Of a DNA stretch of 64,000 nt, positions 60,753-64,000 are shown piece after piece. Below the pieces are notes generated by a model that worked only from the letters and a program-made list of their open reading frames with translations, had not been told where the DNA came from and did not search any database. Made by a program: the position numbers and the translations under genes. Position 1 is the first letter of the stretch. Each line of letters begins with the position of its first letter. This DNA comes from Bacteroidales bacterium (GTDB taxonomy: Bacteria > Bacteroidota > Bacteroidia > Bacteroidales > DTU049), in assembly GCA_016937255.1 (NCBI GenBank), contig JAFGWG010000124.1, forward strand, positions 1,706 through 65,705, read 5' to 3'.

Positions 60753-61520
60753 TTATCTCTTTTTTGCCTCTTCCCATATTGCATCCATTTCCTGAAGGCT
60801 CATATCGGTGAGTTCGCGACCCATTTTCTTAGCTTCCTCTTCAATAATGGTAAATCGCGTAATGAATTTTTTATTGGTGCGTTCTAATGCATCTTCAGGA
60901 TTAATTTTTGCATAACGTGCATAATTGATAAGAGCAAAAAGCAAATCCCCAAATTCTTCTTCAGCTCTTTCGTTCAAAAGACCGGCCGAAATTTCAGCTT
61001 CAAATTCTTCCATTTCCTCCTTCACCTTATCCCATACTTGGTTAATATTTTCCCATTCAAAACCCACACCCTTCACCTTTTCCTGCATGCGATACGCTTT
61101 AACCATCGCTGGTAAACTCTGGGGAACACCTTCTAGCACACTCTTGCGTCCTTCAGTCATTTTAATTTTTTCCCAATTTGCTTTTACATCTTCCTCATCA
61201 CTCACTTTAATATCCGAAAAAATATGTGGATGTCGACGAATGAGCTTTTCATTGATGTGGTATAAAACATTACTAATATCGAAGGACTTGCTTTCAGATC
61301 CAATTTTTGCGTAAAAAACAATATGCAGCATTAAATCTCCGAGTTCATGCATAATTGAATCGGAATCTTTGTCCAAAATAGCATCTGCCAATTCATATGT
61401 TTCTTCTATAGTGAGATGCCGCAAACTCTCATTTGTTTGTTTCATGTCCCAAGGACACTCAAGTCTAAGTTTATCCATTATATCCAGCAAACGCTGAAAC
61501 TCTTGCAATCTAATATCCAT
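60753..61520 (-). CDS. mazG: Nucleoside triphosphate pyrophosphohydrolase MazG
   Basis: 255 aa. Has ECPWDMKQT, tandem EExxE-type motifs (IEETYELADAI; EEFGDLLFALINYA) and RHPHIF. Confidence 0.9.
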   Translation of the reverse strand: MDIRLQEFQRLLDIMDKLRLECPWDMKQTNESLRHLTIEETYELADAILDKDSDSIMHELGDLMLHIVFYAKIGSESKSFDISNVLYHINEKLIRRHPHIFSDIKVSDEEDVKANWEKIKMTEGRKSVLEGVPQSLPAMVKAYRMQEKVKGVGFEWENINQVWDKVKEEMEEFEAEISAGLLNERAEEEFGDLLFALINYARYAKINPEDALERTNKKFITRFTIIEEEAKKMGRELTDMSLQEMDAIWEEAKKR

Positions 61521-61522
61521 TT

Positions 61523-62998
61523 TTAATAAGCTTTAGCAAATACCACTCTGCGTTTGGAAGGTTTGCCTGAGTACACGCATTTTCCTTCTTCTTCAGGGGC
61601 ATCCAACGGAATTAATCTAATAGTGGCTTTAGTTTCTTCTTTAATTTTGCCTTCTGTTTCAGTCGTTCCATCCCAATGTGCATACAAAAATCCGCCTTCA
61701 TTATCAATAGCCTCTTTAAACTCGTTCCATGTATCTACCTTTTTACTCATTCCATCACGCATTTTGCTGGCATTTTCTAGCAAGTTTCTTTGAATATCAA
61801 CCATGAGGGCTAGTACTTTTTCAGTTAAATTCTCTCTCGATATGATTTCTTTTGTAAGAGTGTCTCGTCGAGCCATCTCAACTGCATTGTTTTCCATGTC
61901 TCTTGGACCAACAGCAATTCGCAAAGGAACACCCTGCATTTCATATTCTGCAAATTTGTATCCAGGTGAAAAATGTTCGCTGTCATCAAGTTTTACAGTA
62001 ACTCCCGCTTTTTTTAACTCTGAGTAAATGCTGTTAACATACTCCATGAGCGCTTCTTTTTGTTCCGCTTTCCTGAAGATGGGAACAATAACAACCTGAA
62101 TAGGGGCTAAAGCAGGGGGTAAGACTAATCCATTATCATCACTATGAGTCATAATCAATGCTCCAATTAATCGTGTAGAAACGCCCCAAGAAGTAGCCCA
62201 AACATATTCGAGTTTATTCTCTTTGTTTAGATATTGTACGTCAAAAGCTTTGGCAAAATTTTGTGCCAAAAAATGAGAAGTTCCTGCTTGAAGCGCTTTG
62301 CCATCCTGCATCATGGCTTCAATACAATAGGTTTCTTCTGCTCCTGCAAAGCGTTCACTTTCCGATTTTACTCCTTTGAGCACGGGAATAGCCATCCAGT
62401 CCTGAGCAAAATCGGCATAAACATTCATCATTTTTACGGTTTCCTCAATGGCTTCTTCGCGTGTTTCATGTGCCGTGTGACCTTCTTGCCATAAAAACTC
62501 TGCTGTTCTTAAAAATAAACGAGTTCTCATTTCCCATCGAACTACATTCGCCCATTGATTTATCAGTAAAGGTAAATCACGATACGATTGAATCCAGTTT
62601 TTATAGGTACTCCATATAATGGTTTCGGATGTCGGTCTGACAATGAGCTCTTCTTCTAGTTTTGAGTCTTCATCTACTATGACGCCGTTTCCATTGGGAT
62701 CATTTTTAAGTCGGTAATGTGTTACAATGGCGCATTCTTTGGCAAATCCCTCAACGTGGCTAGCTTCTTTTGAAAAAAAGGACTTTGGTATGAAAATTGG
62801 AAAGTAGGCATTTGTGTGCCCGGTGTCCTTAAACTTCTTGTCTAATGCGTCGCGCATCTTTTCCCAGATCGCATACCCGTATGGTTTAATTACCATACAG
62901 CCCCTGACGGCTGAATTCTCTGCCAGTCCTGCGTTTTGGACAATATCAATATACCATTGCGAATAATTTTCTTTTCTGGAAGTGATCTTTTTTGCCAT
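61523..62998 (-). CDS. proS: Prolyl-tRNA synthetase, archaeal/eukaryote-like type
   Basis: Has the N-terminal motif YSQWYIDIV...[14 protein letters not shown], lacks an INS editing insertion, and ends in a C-terminal Tyr (...FAKAY). I prefer the ATG at 62998 (MAKKITSRK) over the track start at 63034. Confidence 0.9.
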   Translation of the reverse strand: MAKKITSRKENYSQWYIDIVQNAGLAENSAVRGCMVIKPYGYAIWEKMRDALDKKFKDTGHTNAYFPIFIPKSFFSKEASHVEGFAKECAIVTHYRLKNDPNGNGVIVDEDSKLEEELIVRPTSETIIWSTYKNWIQSYRDLPLLINQWANVVRWEMRTRLFLRTAEFLWQEGHTAHETREEAIEETVKMMNVYADFAQDWMAIPVLKGVKSESERFAGAEETYCIEAMMQDGKALQAGTSHFLAQNFAKAFDVQYLNKENKLEYVWATSWGVSTRLIGALIMTHSDDNGLVLPPALAPIQVVIVPIFRKAEQKEALMEYVNSIYSELKKAGVTVKLDDSEHFSPGYKFAEYEMQGVPLRIAVGPRDMENNAVEMARRDTLTKEIISRENLTEKVLALMVDIQRNLLENASKMRDGMSKKVDTWNEFKEAIDNEGGFLYAHWDGTTETEGKIKEETKATIRLIPLDAPEEEGKCVYSGKPSKRRVVFAKAY

Positions 62999-63065
62999 TT
63001 TGGTACGAAATTTGTTTCTATTATTGGGAAACAAAGTTACTAATAAAAATTCGGAGGAAAAAGAA

Positions 63066-64000
63066 ATGAAAAGGACTGTATATTTTTCGGCTTTAATGGC
63101 AATTATCCTGCTCTCCGGATGCTCTGTAAATTACTACAGCACATCTCCATATGACGACGTGTATTACTCAAGAAATGATGCAGTAACACACGCTAATTAC
63201 GATAACGGCGCAGGATCTACCGCACAGGATTATAATCCTGATGCAAGTTCAACGTATAACGATGAGAACAATAGAGCTCCCGTCGATTATTATGATGAAA
63301 ATGCCAACAATGATGGTAATGGTTATTCAAATAGCGAAAGTTATTATGATGAGGATGGCAACACTTATGTTACCAATAATTATTATTCTGACGATTACTA
63401 TGATTATGAGTATACTACCCGTCTGCGTAGATTCTATAACCCATATTACGGATATAACTATTACGATCCTTATTATACCAATATGTACTGGTATACTTAT
63501 GATCCTTATTATTATGGTGTATCTGTATATTATTCTTATGGTTGGTGGAGACCTTCTTCATATTATGGTTGGGGTTACAGACCTCACTACTATTGGGGAT
63601 ACAGTCCATATTACCACCACTATGGTTGGGGAAACCCTTATAGCTCATGGTGGGGATACGGTGGTGGCTACTACAGTGGCTATAATAATGGCTACAACAA
63701 TGGCTATTGGAATGGCTACTACGATGGCTACTATGACGGCTACTATGGAAACAGCTACTACTATTATAACAGCTACGACATGTACTCATCAAATGATGTA
63801 TACTACGGACCCCGCGACTATATCAGTGGATCATCTACGAACTCTCGCCCTGAAGGCCCTGGAACAACTACACAGCCTGTTACTTCACTTTCGTTCGGGG
63901 ATCGCTACGAAACTACCCTCTCTTCAGAAAACATCAATACCAGTGGTTTGAATACTAATACTAGTGCGACTAACAACTCTTCAAGATTGAACAATAATAC
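63066..64000 (+). CDS. Tyr/Gly/Trp/Asn-rich low-complexity lipoprotein (3'-partial, runs off the window)
   Basis: My own translation from the ATG at 63066: [24 protein letters not shown]..., then ...[58 protein letters not shown]...[18 protein letters not shown].... The frame has no stop to position 64000. It is absent from the supplied track, presumably because it is unterminated. Confidence 0.65.
   Translation, partial: MKRTVYFSALMAIILLSGCSVNYYSTSPYDDVYYSRNDAVTHANYDNGAGSTAQDYNPDASSTYNDENNRAPVDYYDENANNDGNGYSNSESYYDEDGNTYVTNNYYSDDYYDYEYTTRLRRFYNPYYGYNYYDPYYTNMYWYTYDPYYYGVSVYYSYGWWRPSSYYGWGYRPHYYWGYSPYYHHYGWGNPYSSWWGYGGGYYSGYNNGYNNGYWNGYYDGYYDGYYGNSYYYYNSYDMYSSNDVYYGPRDYISGSSTNSRPEGPGTTTQPVTSLSFGDRYETTLSSENINTSGLNTNTSATNNSSRLNNN

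Noticed and set aside
63241-63951. Track ORF of 236 aa (+), plus the antisense 125-aa ORF at 63415-63792
   Set aside because: Both translate to implausible proteins (Met/Ile/Thr-rich and Ser/His/Cys/Asn-rich) with no signal or motif. They are open only because of the monotonous TAT/TAC/GGC codon repeats of the real frame starting at 63066, which has a proper lipoprotein signal.
1-64000. Mobile elements, prophage, or defence islands (RM, TA, CBASS, retron and similar)
   Set aside because: I found no integrase, transposase, recombinase, reverse transcriptase, nuclease/ATPase defence signatures or terminal repeats among the ORFs. The YwqK-type repeats in 57414-59195 occur in a secreted repeat protein, not in a toxin-antitoxin pair.

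Overview
This is a bacterial chromosomal window of Bacteroidota type. Supporting signs are T9SS C-terminal sorting domains, a TonB receptor with a DUF4249 partner, an ECF sigma/FecR pair, an S46 peptidase and an archaeal-type ProRS. The first 13 kb is the conserved translation/transcription core: tRNA-Thr/Tyr/Gly/Thr, tuf, tRNA-Trp, secE, nusG, rplKAJL, rpoB, rpoC and a tightly coupled DUF3467 gene. After that come housekeeping genes (an amidohydrolase, mutS, a SpoU/TrmH methyltransferase, elbB, recO, tatAC, mazG, proS) interleaved with many lipoproteins and secreted proteins. Accessory blocks include an ECF-sigma/FecR/TonB-receptor/DUF4249 unit, ptb-buk, a PorZ-like propeller protein, two tandem gingipain-like C25 peptidases (about 1150 aa each) and a MORN/YwqK-repeat protein. 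I saw no transposase, integrase, CRISPR array or phage genes. Four items deserve a second look. (1) An overlapping gatE-gatD pair encodes the archaeal-type Glu-tRNA(Gln) amidotransferase inside an otherwise bacterial context. (2) A 617-nt ORF-free leader holds two ~150-nt near-identical copies of an element that folds on paper into a hairpin plus pseudoknot; extra hairpins and an 18-bp perfect palindrome follow, just upstream of an orphan two-gene NuoE/NuoF-like module. (3) The C25 peptidase tandem shares an unassigned C-terminal module. (4) An extremely Tyr/Gly/Trp-rich lipoprotein runs off the 3' edge and is absent from the supplied ORF track. All functional calls rest on motifs read by eye and on remembered family signatures; no database search was run.
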